Shown here one piece after another: positions 42,838-54,000 of a stretch of 64,000 nt of DNA; position 1 is the first letter of the stretch, and each line of letters starts with the position of its first letter. The notes beneath the pieces were generated by a model. That model ran no database searches and was not told the DNA's origin. It was given only the letters and a program-made list of their open reading frames with translations. Source of the DNA: Prorocentrum cordatum (lineage: Eukaryota); assembly GCA_963575745.1 (NCBI GenBank), contig CAUYUJ010000211.1, positions 1-64,000 of the forward strand, in the 5' to 3' direction. The translations under genes were made by a program, and so were the position numbers.

Positions 42838-44140
42838 CAGCCTCAGCCTCAGCCTGCCTCAGTATCAGCCTGCCTTAGCCTCAGCCTTAGCTTGCCTTAG
42901 CCTCAGCCTCAGCCTGCTTCAGCCTCAGCCTCAGCCACAGCCTGCCTTCAGTCTCGGCCTCAGCCTCAGCCTGCCTCAGCCTCAGCCTGCAGCAGCCTCA
43001 GCCTCAGCCTCAGCCTCAGCCTCAGCCTGCCTCCGCATCAGCCTGCCTCAGCCTCAGCCTCAGCCTGCCTCAGCCTCAGCCTCAGCCTGCCTCAGCCTCA
43101 GCCTCAACCTTTTCCTCAGCATCAGCCTGCCTCAGCCTCAGCATCAGCCTGCCTCGGCCTCAGCCTCAGCCTGCTTCAGCCTCAGCCTCAGTCTGCCTTC
43201 AGCCTCAGCCTCAGCCTCAGCCTGCCTCAGCTCAGCCTGCATCCGCCTCAGCCTCAGCCTCAGCCTCAGCCTCAGCCTGCCTCAGCCTCAGCCTGCCTCA
43301 GCGTCTGCCTCAGCCTGCCTCAGCCTCAGCCTCAGCCACAGCCACAGCCTCAGCCTCAGCCTCAGCCTCAGCCTGCCTCAGCCTCAGCCTGCATCAGCCT
43401 CAGCCTCAGCCTCAGCCTGCCTCTGCCTCAGCCTGCCTCAGCCTCAGCCTCAGCCTGCCTCTGCCTCAGCCTCAGCCTGCTTCAGCCTCAGCCTCAGTCT
43501 GCCTTCAGCCTCGGCCTCAGCCTCAGCCTGCCTCAGCCTCAGCCTGCATCAGCCTCAGCCTCAGCCTCAGCCTGCCTCAGCATCAGCCTGCTTCAGCCTC
43601 AGCCTCAGCCTGCCTCAGCCTCAGCCTCAGTCTGCCTCAGCCTCAGCCTCAGCCTGCTTCAGCCTCAGCCTCAGTCTGCCTTCAGCCTCGGCCTCAGCCT
43701 CAGCCTGCCTCAGCCTCAGCCTGCCTCAGCCTCAGCCTCAGCCTGCCTCAGCCTCAGCATGCCTCAGCCTCAGCCTCAGCCTGCTTCAGCCTCAGCCTCA
43801 GTCTGCCTTCAGCCTCGGCCTCAGCCTCAGCCTGCCTCAGCCTCAGCCTGCCTCAGCCTCAGCCTGCCTCAGCCTCAGCCTCAGTCTGCTTCAGTATCAG
43901 CTTGCCTAAGCCTCAGCCTCAGCCTGCCTCAGCCTCAGCCTCAGCCTGCTTCAGCTTCAGCCTCAACCTTAGCCTCAACCTTTTCCTCAGCCTCAGCCTC
44001 AGCCTGCATCAGCCTCAGCCTCAGCCTCAGCCTGCCTCTGCATCAGCCTGCCTCAGCGTCTGCCTCAGCCTGCCTCAGCCTCAGCCTCAGGCTGCCTCAG
44101 CCTCAGCCTCAGCCTGCCTCAGCAGCAGCCTGCCTCAGCC
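42838..44140. repeat. (GCCTCA)n / GCCTCAGCCT satellite
   Basis: Direct reading. Confidence 0.95.
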
Positions 44141-44142
44141 TG

Positions 44143-44500
44143 AGTTGGCTACGGGCATTCAAAATGTGGCCCGGGAATGGAGTTCTGGGAACTCGAAGAC
44201 CACGAAGTGGCCTACAGTTGGCTCCGGGCATTCAAAATGTGGCCCGGGAATGGAATTCTGGGAAATCGAAGAGCACGAAGTGGCCTACAGTTGGATCCGG
44301 GCATTCAAAATGTGGCCCGGGAATGGAGTTCTGGGAACTCGAAGACCACGAAGTGGCCTACAGTTGGCTCCGGGCATTCAAAATGTGGCCCGGGAATGGA
44401 GTTCTGGGAAGTCGAAGAGCACGAAGTGGCCTACAGTTGGCTCCGGGCATTCAGAATGTGGCCCGGGAATGGAGTTCTGGGAGGTCGAAGAGCACGAAGT
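44143..44500. repeat. 73-bp tandem repeat, about 4.9 copies
   Basis: GTTGG.TCCGGGCATTCAAAATGTGGCCCGGGAATGG units at 44144, 44217, 44290, 44363 and 44436. Confidence 0.95.
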
Positions 44501-44674
44501 GTGTGACTGTTGGCTTAAAACGACTTCTGCGGCACCCTGTCCGGCACCCGCCCAGACCCCCCTGTGGAGTCATCTGCTGCTCTCTTTTTAGCCCATTAGA
44601 AGCCTATCAGTCTTCGCTGTTAGGTAAATATTAATACTAATACTAATATTAATACTAATAATACTACTAATAAC

Positions 44675-44705
<31 letters not shown>

Positions 44706-45252
44706 CTAATAAAAATAAGACGAATACTAATAACAATAATACTAATAACATTAATAATACTAATAATACTAATATAGCAATATTAAAAATAAGACTAACC
44801 CACAAACTAAAAACAATAATAACAATAATAATAAGAAGAATGCTCACACTAGCATAAGAACAATAACAATAATACTAAGAAGAATAATAATATTAAGACG
44901 AATAAAAAGAAGAGGAGGAGGAGAAGGAGGAGGAGGAGGAGTAGGTTCGCGTCGTGTCGACCAGCGGCGACTCCGCCGCTGGCATTCAGCGACCCAGAAT
45001 CGGTCGATGTTGACCGAGCTGGCGTTTCGGAGGCGCCCGATCGTGCAAGGTTGAACGATCCCCGCGGTGGCAGAAACCAACGTCAGGGTCGACACGACAC
45101 GAACCTGCCGTATTCATTAATGGGTACTTTGGGGATTTTCCGAAGGTTGCCATTTTAGGGCCTCTTGCTGGCACTGCAGCGTTGCCCACATCGGGGAGGG
45201 TTGGGTTCGCCTGGTCACTGGCCAAAGTGCCCGTTAGTGGAGTCCCCGTTAG

Positions 45253-46220
45253 AGAGGCGCTGAGTACGAGCGAAATATCAACATTGTCGGGTCAGGGTTT
45301 CTGGAGTCGGCCATTGTTTTGAGAGCTTCCGATCTTGCGGTTTTTGTCCGACTCGCGTCTGAGTCTTTGCCGCCATTTCCAGGTGCGTTTCCGTTTCGTG
45401 GTGCAAGAGAAAGACAGTCCAGAGCTGGCATTCCCCCCCCCCCTCCCTTCGAGGAGGCGCATGGATCCACGGAAGGCGCTGGAGTCCTGGACGTACCTCT
45501 GCACTCGGAGCTGCAGTTGCCTGCGACTACGCCGAGACCCGCCTCCGCAGTCGATGCAGGCTCGAATGGCAGCTCGAGCGGCACGATTACCGTGCCCTTG
45601 GACTCGAATCTTCAAGTGCCGCACGCAATCCGAAAGGCTGAGTCTGTTGAGCAGTTAGAGAGGAGTGTGCTAGAAGGTGTTGCAGTGGCGGACGTGCCTC
45701 TGGACTCGGAGCTGCAGTTGCCTGCGACTACGCCGAGACCTGCCTCCGCAGTCGATGCAGGCTCGAATGGCAGCTCGAGCGGCACGATTACCGTGCCCTT
45801 GGATTCGAATCTCCAACTGCCGCACGCAACCCGAATGGCTGGGTCTGCTGATCGGTCAGGGAGGAGTATGATGGTGGGTGCTGGAGTGGCGGACGTACCT
45901 CTGGACTCGGAGCTGAAGATGTTTACGACTACTCAAAAAGCCGCCTCTGCGGTTGATGCAGGCTCGACTGACAGTTCGAGCGGTACGATTACTGTGCCTT
46001 TAGATTCGAATCTTCAAGTGCCGCACGCAACTGCAAAGGCTGGGTCTGCTGATCGGCCAGAGAGCACTATTCCTGAACGTGCTGGAGTCGTGGACGTGCC
46101 TCTGAACTCGGAGCTGCAGCTGGCTACGACTGCTCAAAGAGCCGCTGCCGCGGTTGATGCGGGCTCGAGTGGCAGCTCGGGCGGCACGGTTGCCGTGCCC
46201 TTGGACTCGAACCTGCAGAC
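45253..46220 (+). CDS. Probable exon encoding ~3.7 copies of a 67-aa repeat (unknown function)
   Basis: Exact 201-bp period (45478, 45679, 45880, 46081), no indels, synonymous variation; motifs DVPLDSELQ / AVDAGS / TVPLDSNLQ. Confidence 0.6.
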
Positions 46221-46816
46221 GTCGCAGTCCGCGGACCACCTGGGAGAGACAATTTGCCCCAACCCGCACCGCTCCCGGCCAGGCCCGGCTCGGGCCCGGC
46301 ATCGTGCACGCGCACGCTCCCGGCCGCTCGCCGCCAGGGCGTGCGCGCGGACCTCGGGGGGGGGAGGGCCGGAGCCGGGACCAAGGAGTCGCCGTTTCGA
46401 CGCAGATCTCTGGCGGCACTTTTTCCCTCCCACGCCGACGTTTTCCCTTCGATCTCGGCCTCTGGGACACGTTCTCGGGCCCCGGGAACACCACGCATGG
46501 ACCCAGAGCGAGAAGCTGCTCCCGGGGGGCCGGGGTCGGAAGCTCCCTTGGCCGCACATTGCAGAGACCACGTCGTTGGGTCTCTGGGATGTGCACGCAG
46601 ACCCCCGACGTGTGGTTCTCTCACGACGCCAGCCTCCGAACCCTCGACCCTACCCTCAGGTCCCGCTGAACGTCGCGGGTCTGTTCGCTAACCGTCCCAG
46701 GCCTCGGAAGCAGCCCCCAACCCTCACGCCGAAGCTGCAGAAAGCATAGCGCCCGTCGCGGGTTCTTCCGCGACGCCCCAGGGGTCAGCTGGTCGTCTTT
46801 TGGCGGACGGAAAGCT

Positions 46817-46960
46817 GTATAAGGTAAACTTTTCCGTCGCTGGGGGCGCCTGTCCCAGGGCGGTTTGGGAAGTTCATACCCTGACGTGCCACAGTGGGGG
46901 TATACACTTCCAGCCGCCCTGGGGCAGGCGTCCCCGACGGCGAGAAAATCTACATTGCAC
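46817..46960. mobile_element. Imperfect palindrome with ~60-bp arms, MITE-like
   Basis: TTTTCCGTCGCTGGGGGCGCCTGTCCCAGGGCGGTTTGGGAAGT versus ACTTCCAGCCGCCCTGGGGCAGGCGTCCCCGACGGCGAGAAAA. Confidence 0.55.
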
Positions 46961-47104
46961 CCCTCTTCGCACGCGAAGCCGTTGCCGTCGCCGTCTTCGT
47001 CGTGCCCAGACCTCTGGCGTCGGGATTTTGTCACAGCGTTCACCCGTGGGGGAGAGGGCATAAGGGAAGGGAGGAACGGGCGGGGCGGGGAACGCCACGG
47101 AGGT

Positions 47105-47807
47105 GTGAGGAGGAGCAGGAGGATAATGAGAGAAGGGGACGAGGAGGAGGAGGAGGAGGAGGAGGAGGAGGAGGGAGGAGGAGGAGAGGAGGAGGAGAGG
47201 ATGAGGAGGGAGGGAGGAGGAGGAGGAGGAGGAGGAGGAGGAGGAGGAGGAGGAGAGGAGGAGGAGGAGGAGGAGGAGGAGGAGGAGGAGGAGAAGAGGG
47301 GAGGAGGAGGAGGAGGGAGGAGGAGGAGGAGGAGGGGACGTGTAGTGAGGAGGCGGAGGAGGAGGAGGAGGAGGAGGAGGAGGACGAGGAGGAGGAGGAG
47401 GAGGAGGAGGAGGAGGAGGAGGGAGAGGAGGAGGAGGTAGGAGGAGGAGGAAGGAGGAGGAAGAGGAGAGGAGGAGGAGGAGGAGGAGGAGGAAGAGGAG
47501 GCGGAGGCGGAGGAGGAGGCGCGCCGGGGCGGAGGCGGTAGGCGGAGGCGTAGGCGGGAGGCGGAGGGCGGAGGCGGAGGAGGAGGGGAGGAGGAGGAGG
47601 AGGAGGAGGAGGAGGAGGATGAGGACGATGATGATGAGATGATGATGATGATGATGCTGATGATGATGATGATGATGATGATGTGATGATGTGAGATGAT
47701 GATGATGATGATGATGGATGATGAGCTGATGCTGATGATATGATGAATGATGATGATGACGATGAGATGATGATGGTGATGATGATGATGAGGAGGAGAG
47801 GAGGACG

Positions 47808-47839
<32 letters not shown>

Positions 47840-47955
47840 GTGATGATGATGATGGATGAGGAGGAGGAGCGAGGACGGATGATGATGATGATGATGCTGA
47901 TGATGACGATGATGATGGATGATGATGTTGATGGATGATGATGATGATGTGCTTG

Positions 47956-47986
<31 letters not shown>

Positions 47987-48216
47987 GATGATGATGATGA
48001 GGAGGAGGAGGAGGAGGGAGGAGGAGGAGGAGGAGGAGGATTGGGGACGAGGCGGAGGAGGGGACGGCGGACGAGGAGGATTGATTGGCGGGGGACGAGG
48101 AGGATGAGGCGGGGACGAGGAGGAGAAGGAGGAAGAGGAGGAGGGGGAGGAGGAGGAGGAGGAGGAGGAGGAGGAGCAGGAGGAGGAGGAGGAGGAGGAG
48201 GAGGAGGAGGAGGAGG
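47105..48216. repeat. (GGA)n/(GAT)n tract, left flank of the retrotransposon
   Basis: Direct reading. Confidence 0.95.
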
Positions 48217-48391
48217 TGTTAACATGCACGCATGCGTGTGACAGGGGAGGAATAGTAACCCCGCTGCCTTTGGCTCAAGTGTTTAACGGTCGAAGTCACA
48301 TCGACCAGTTGCGCAGTTCGGGAGTATAAAGGTGACCTATCGTTATCATTGTCGCCAAGCTCCCGTGCAGAACCCTCCTCGGGGTTTTGCA
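48217..48391 (+). repeat. 5' LTR (175 bp)
   Basis: TGTTAACATG...GGGGTTTTGCA; differs from the 3' LTR by 2 substitutions and a 1-nt indel. Confidence 0.97.
48260..48279 (+). other. DinoSL-like motif in the 5' LTR
   Basis: CCCGCTGCCTTTGGCTCAAG versus DinoSL DCCGTAGCCATTTTGGCTCAAG. Confidence 0.7.
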
Positions 48392-48409
48392 TGGTAGCGG
48401 AGCGTGGTT
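48392..48409 (+). promoter_or_regulatory. Primer binding site, initiator tRNA-Met type
   Basis: TGGTAGCGGAGCGTGGTT directly abuts the LTR; its complement AACCACGCTCCGCTACCA resembles a tRNA-iMet 3' end. Confidence 0.85.
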
Positions 48410-48412
48410 GCC

Positions 48413-51028
48413 ATGGCAGCGGCAGCGGCAGCGGCAGCTGCGGCAAGACCTGGACAGGGCGACCCGCCAGTTAATCTCAATGTGCCGGCAGACAGAGATG
48501 CTTGGGTCAACATGGATCCGAATCGATTCAACGACCTGTGCGAGCAAGCATACGTGAACGGAGACTTCAGTTACGTTCAATCGGCGCTACTCGCAAACCA
48601 CTTTGGGCTCGCAACGTTCATTAACGAGCGAGTAGCACAGGACCGACGGGAGGTATCGAACGCCGAAGCATTCCAAATGTTACAGAGTGCCCACAAGACC
48701 AACAGTATGCTGTTAGCGATCACGAAGAGAAATGCTGCGCTCGAAAGAGATGCTCGCAGATTAGTGGAAAGAGTCACCGAGTTGGAGACCAACAGTGAAG
48801 TCCAAGAAAAGTTGATCGAAAGGTTCGGTCAGATCTCGGAAGCAATCAAAGGAGGAAGCGGAAACAAGCACGGGAGCAGTAAACCGATAAGCGAATATAA
48901 GGCGTTACAGGCGCTAAAGAACTTCAGTGGGGAAAGAGCGAAGTTCAGAGACTGGAACGACAAATTCTTGAACGCACTAGCCCAAGTGAAGCCGAGTTAC
49001 CGACCGGCACTGAAAATGCTAAACAAGAAGCTGGAGACGCTTGACGGAGTTGTACCAGAAGAGGACGACGATGACATCATACGCATAATGAACGGTCGAT
49101 TAACTGCAAGCGAGTACCTGAAGGCAAGTCAAGCCAAGCAAGCCGAGGACGACAACAAAGGCGAATATGAGTTTACCGAAGGAGACAAGACTCAGATGGA
49201 AGAAGACTTATGGTACATTCTGAACGAGAAACTTGAAGGTGCGGAGGCCAGAGGAAAATTAAAGGGACTGATGGATGGAGACGGAATCATGGCTTGGCAA
49301 AAGGTTTATCAATGGTACTCGGCAGTAACCGGAGCGACCTTGTCATCAAAAATGACGCATGCCATGAATCCTGAACCGCCCAAGAAGATCACCGACACCG
49401 TTACCCGACTTGAGGAATGGAGCGCATTGGCAGAAAATCTTGAGAAATATGGCAAAGATTACTCGCTGCCTCTTCCTTTCAAAGTCACCGCGCTCAGGGC
49501 CATAATGGTGCACGCGAATGACTGGTCTGACGAATGGCAGCAGGCATGTTGGCGAACGCCTGACGCGCTTAACATTGACTCATTTCAGAAATTGTACTCA
49601 AAGTGTGAAGACTGGGCGCGTAAAAAGAAACTTGACTCAGATTCAAAAAATAAGGATGCAATGGGCATTGGAAATATCAACGAGATGAGTCAAGGGTCCG
49701 AAAACGTTTGGGACCAAACAGGATGGGTTGACGAAGATGGAAACTGGTGGTCAGAGGATGGATCGTGGAATCACGGGTCCTGGGCCAATGAAAGTGACGG
49801 TGGAGAATATGAGGGAATTGACGCCGTAAACAAAGGTAAGGGTAAAGGAATGGGCCCCAGGTGTTACAATTGTGGAGGCATGGGCCATTTAGCCAGGAAC
49901 TGCACGAGACCCAAGCAGTTCACCAAAGGAGGTAAAGGTGGCAAAGGCGGAAAAGGCAAAGGTTACCGAGCCACTTACGGATCCTATGTGAAAGGTAAGA
50001 TCGGAGGCAAACATGGAGGTAAAGGAAGTAGCTCGTGGGGAGGAAGCTACGGAAGCCGAGGGAAATTTACCCCGCACAGTGAGCGTGAATGTTACAAGTG
50101 TGGCGGAAAAGGGCATATTGCCATTAACTGCCCGGGCTCCAAGAAGACCGCCAACGAAGTTGAGCAAGAGAAGCCTGCAGTAAACACCGAAACTGAACAA
50201 ACCACCTCGTTCGGTCAACCACAGCACGTTCTCAGCGTCGAGATGAAGGAAGCAATGAACGTGTCGCTAGACCAGACTGCGATCGTGGAGGTTAACGAGA
50301 AATGGGACCTGCCCTATTACGCCAGAAAGAAGACGGCGCGTGACAACGCGGTAAACATGAGAAGAATCTATCAGGAACACCAGTACGACGGAGACCGTTA
50401 CCATACTAGTCAGTGGGATCAAAGAATAAGTAAAAGCGTGAGGCAGGGAAAAAGTTGGCTGGCGAAATGCAAGGAAATTGGACTAATTGAGATGCGGGGA
50501 GGTGATCCAGAGATTAACGCAGTGCCGCCACCAAGTGCAACACATGAGACGATCGTGGTCACCGTGGACTCCGGCGCCTACAACACAGTGGGGCCCCCCA
50601 AAGTTGGCACTCATTTCCCCATTAAGCATGCGGACGCGTCAAAGCAGGGACGACACTACAGTGCGGCAAATGGAACCACGATAAAGAATTATGGTCAACG
50701 CGTGATCACAGGTAAAAATGAGCATGGGAACGCAGTCAGTATGCCAATTCAGGTGGCAGAGGTCAACAAAGTCCTAGGGTCGGTAAGAGAGATGGTAAAC
50801 GCTGGAAACAGAGTGGTGTTCGACAAGGATCCTAACGGGAAGTCCCTGAGCCACATCATGAACAAAGCGACTGGCAAGTTAACAGCCATCCATGAAAAGA
50901 ATGGCACGTTCCAGTTCAACATCACAGTGCCGAAGGGACCAGCGGAAGCCGTCAATCCCAGGAGTGAAGTGAACGTGACTGAGGGTTTTCCGCGGCCGGG
51001 AACCCTGGAGGCGGATCTGTTCTACTAA
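48413..51028 (+). CDS. gag: Gag-protease polyprotein (ORF1)
   Basis: ATG at 48413. Two CCHC knuckles (CYNCGGMGHLARNC 49862-49903; CYKCGGKGHIAINC 50090-50131) and aspartic protease VTVDSGA (DSG 50567-50575). Confidence 0.92.
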   Translation: MAAAAAAAAAARPGQGDPPVNLNVPADRDAWVNMDPNRFNDLCEQAYVNGDFSYVQSALLANHFGLATFINERVAQDRREVSNAEAFQMLQSAHKTNSMLLAITKRNAALERDARRLVERVTELETNSEVQEKLIERFGQISEAIKGGSGNKHGSSKPISEYKALQALKNFSGERAKFRDWNDKFLNALAQVKPSYRPALKMLNKKLETLDGVVPEEDDDDIIRIMNGRLTASEYLKASQAKQAEDDNKGEYEFTEGDKTQMEEDLWYILNEKLEGAEARGKLKGLMDGDGIMAWQKVYQWYSAVTGATLSSKMTHAMNPEPPKKITDTVTRLEEWSALAENLEKYGKDYSLPLPFKVTALRAIMVHANDWSDEWQQACWRTPDALNIDSFQKLYSKCEDWARKKKLDSDSKNKDAMGIGNINEMSQGSENVWDQTGWVDEDGNWWSEDGSWNHGSWANESDGGEYEGIDAVNKGKGKGMGPRCYNCGGMGHLARNCTRPKQFTKGGKGGKGGKGKGYRATYGSYVKGKIGGKHGGKGSSSWGGSYGSRGKFTPHSERECYKCGGKGHIAINCPGSKKTANEVEQEKPAVNTETEQTTSFGQPQHVLSVEMKEAMNVSLDQTAIVEVNEKWDLPYYARKKTARDNAVNMRRIYQEHQYDGDRYHTSQWDQRISKSVRQGKSWLAKCKEIGLIEMRGGDPEINAVPPPSATHETIVVTVDSGAYNTVGPPKVGTHFPIKHADASKQGRHYSAANGTTIKNYGQRVITGKNEHGNAVSMPIQVAEVNKVLGSVREMVNAGNRVVFDKDPNGKSLSHIMNKATGKLTAIHEKNGTFQFNITVPKGPAEAVNPRSEVNVTEGFPRPGTLEADLFY
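50983..50989 (+). promoter_or_regulatory. Candidate -1 ribosomal frameshift slippery site G GGT TTT
   Basis: X XXY YYZ in gag phase. The -1 frame opens right after TGA 50980-50982, and a GC-rich stem-loop follows (50990-51014). Confidence 0.7.
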
Positions 51029-51094
51029 GCCCCCCGTCACCCGTAAGACCAAGCGAAAACTTAAACGTCTTTAATACCGAAGGAGACGAAGGGA

Positions 51095-54000
51095 GTGAAA
51101 GTGGGGGCAGACGAAGGGAGTGAAAGTGGGGGCAACGACAGTGAGTTAAGTGATGTGGAAGATGTATTTGTGAGTGATGAGGCAGAGTTACCAAAGAAGA
51201 TTTACTGTGATATGAGGCCCTCAAAAGAGGAAGTTGAAGCGCATAACACGACGCATTTACCTTGCCGAAGCTGGTGCCCACATTGCGTCAGAGGAAAAGC
51301 TCGCAGACGCAATCACCGTAGACGCAAAAGAGAGGGGAACGGGAACGTGCCAGTGATTTCAATGGACTACATGTGGCTTAAAGGAAGAAAAGATGAAGGT
51401 GAAAGCAGCAGCAATGGCAACCCAATTTTGGTCATGCGTTGCAGAGAGACCAAATTGACTTGGAGCAGAGTGTTAATGAAAAAGGGAGTGGACTCGTACT
51501 CGGTAAAAGTAGGATGTGACATGATAAGTTTTACCGGATACAAGAAAGTGATACTCAAAAGTGATGGGGAAGCGGCAATCACAGCATTGGCCAATAGGAT
51601 TAAAGCTTCGTGTGATCTTGACATGGGAGTTGAGGTCAGCCCAGTGGGAGACTCAAAGGCCAACGGCGAAATTGAGAGAGCCGTTAGGACAGTGCAGGGC
51701 CAAGTCAGAACGTTTAAGAGCGCCCTGGACGCCAATTATAAAACTGAGTTTGGAGAAAGTCATCAGATAATACTTTGGCTGGTGAGTTATGCGTCCTCTT
51801 TGATTAACAAGTTCGCAATAGACACGGATGGGAAGACGGCTCATGAGAGGTGCAGGGGACGAAAATTTAACAAGCAAATCCCAGAGTTCGGTGAGTGTGT
51901 CATGTATTTAAAGACACCCGCGCACAAGGGTCGCGAGAAGCTCGAAATGAGATGGGAAAGTGGAGTGTTCCTGGGCATAAACGAGAAGAGTCAAGAGCTG
52001 ATTATTGGGACGCCTCATGGTGCAATCAAGGCGCACGAGTTTAAAAGAAAGGGAAGTGATGCTGAAAGATGGAATATTGCCGAGATTACCGAAATAAAGG
52101 GATTACCTTGGCAGCCTGACCCAAGCACAGCGGGAATGCAATTACAGTCTAGGATCATGGTGCCCATGGATCTACCAGAGCAAGAGTTAACTGCGCCTGA
52201 GACGAAGCCACTCATTGCAAGAGGAATTGCAGTTAAAAAGCATGAATACTTGAAAATGGGACCGACGCCAGGGTGTTACGGATGCAAATGCCTCGTGAGA
52301 GGAGACAAAGAGCACAAGCCGCGCAACGCCGATTGCAGGGCTCGAGTCATTGAATGGTTAAAGAAACAAGAGAGCCCGAACATCCAAGCAAGACTAGCGT
52401 CTGCCCAGTTAAGGCTTGAGAGCAAAAGTCGTGCACCAGAAAATCGTGAACAAGAATCAGAAAGTCAAACGAAGAAACTGAGGATCAACGTACCGCCTCC
52501 GCCGAGCGCCAAAGTTGAGGAACCTAAGGACGAGTGGGTAATAAAGGGGAACAAAGTTATATGTCAACACCGACGGCCGAGGAAAGAGTTAGCCTTCCCC
52601 ACCAATGGTGGGTGTCCAGTGGACTGGGACAAACTTAAGCCTAAAAGATATACCCACGCGATCATGATTGACGGCGGCAAGATACATGAGCACGAAGATG
52701 CTTTGTGTGGTAAAGATGGAGGCGATCAGACATGGGCTATGGGAAACCCCTTTAACGGTTACTGGACCGGATGGACCGAGTTCGAAGTAGAAGATGAAGA
52801 AATGAAGGATCCCCCGCGTGAACCCGTTAAACGAAAAGCAGAGGACGATCATGACGAAGAAGATCAACAGGCGACTCAGCATCGGCAACTTGACATGGAA
52901 CAAGATGAAGAAATGTCAGAGGTAAACGACATCAAGTTGGGACTCAACATGATGGGATTTGACTCTGAACTGGTTGAATGGTTGACAAGTGGTGAACTGA
53001 ACATCGTGCGCCAATTAAACGAGGTAAGGAGAGCCACCGGGCTCCATGGAGCATGCCAACACGAGACTCAGGCGCACGTAACAGAAGCGTATTCGCCGGT
53101 AAGAGTTACTGGAATGGCAGAAAAAATGGGATTGATACCAGGATTAGCAATGGATTTAACGACACGAGACCAACATGGTAACCCATGGGATTTTAATGTG
53201 CCGGCCATGCGTGTGAAAGCAAAAAAGATTGTCAAATCCAAAGCGGCTCTACTACTGGTGGTGAGCCCCATGTGCGCAGCCTTCAGCAGACTTCAATCGT
53301 TTAACTTTAAAAGATTGGGTGCCGACCGCGTGAAACAGATGTTAGATTACGGGATCAAACATTTGACGTTCGCAATGGAGCTCTGCGAAATTCAACGACG
53401 AAATGGGTTATACTTTCTGTTTGAACACCCTGCAGGAGCAACCAGCTGGGGCACTTCAACGGTGCAACGGCTGCTCAGAAACAAGGATGTCAAAGTATAC
53501 GATGGAGATTTGTGCTGTTACGACTTAAAGCAGGTGGTCAAAGGCGAAGAGATGTTTATTAAGAAACCTACCAAGTTCATGACGAACAGTTCAGCCATCG
53601 GACATGAGTTAAGTTGGAAATGTAAAGGGCAACATCGACACATAGAGTTAACTGGTGGTAGTAGGACGCACAGATCAGAGGTCTACCCAGATAAACTGTG
53701 TCGAGCGATACTGAAAGGACTTATAAAGCAAATGAAGATCGACGGCCGTCAAGGGGGTACATTTAAAGAAGAGGAAGTAGCGAACATGGAAGTCGAAGAA
53801 GAAGAACAAAGTGAGGCGCAGATTGGCGAGATTAACTGGGCGTGTGAACATGAGAACGAAGATAGGAAGCACAAGCACCAGTTAACGTGGACGAGGAGAG
53901 ACTATGGAACACGAAGATTAATGTTGCCGGGACCAAGTGGACCACAATGGAGTTCATGCATTAGGAGAATTACCGCCAACATAGACACCGGGAAAATTAT

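Noticed and set aside
44143..44500. Regular 73-bp repeats as a CRISPR array
   Set aside because: Units are contiguous with no unique spacers, no cas genes are present and the context is eukaryotic
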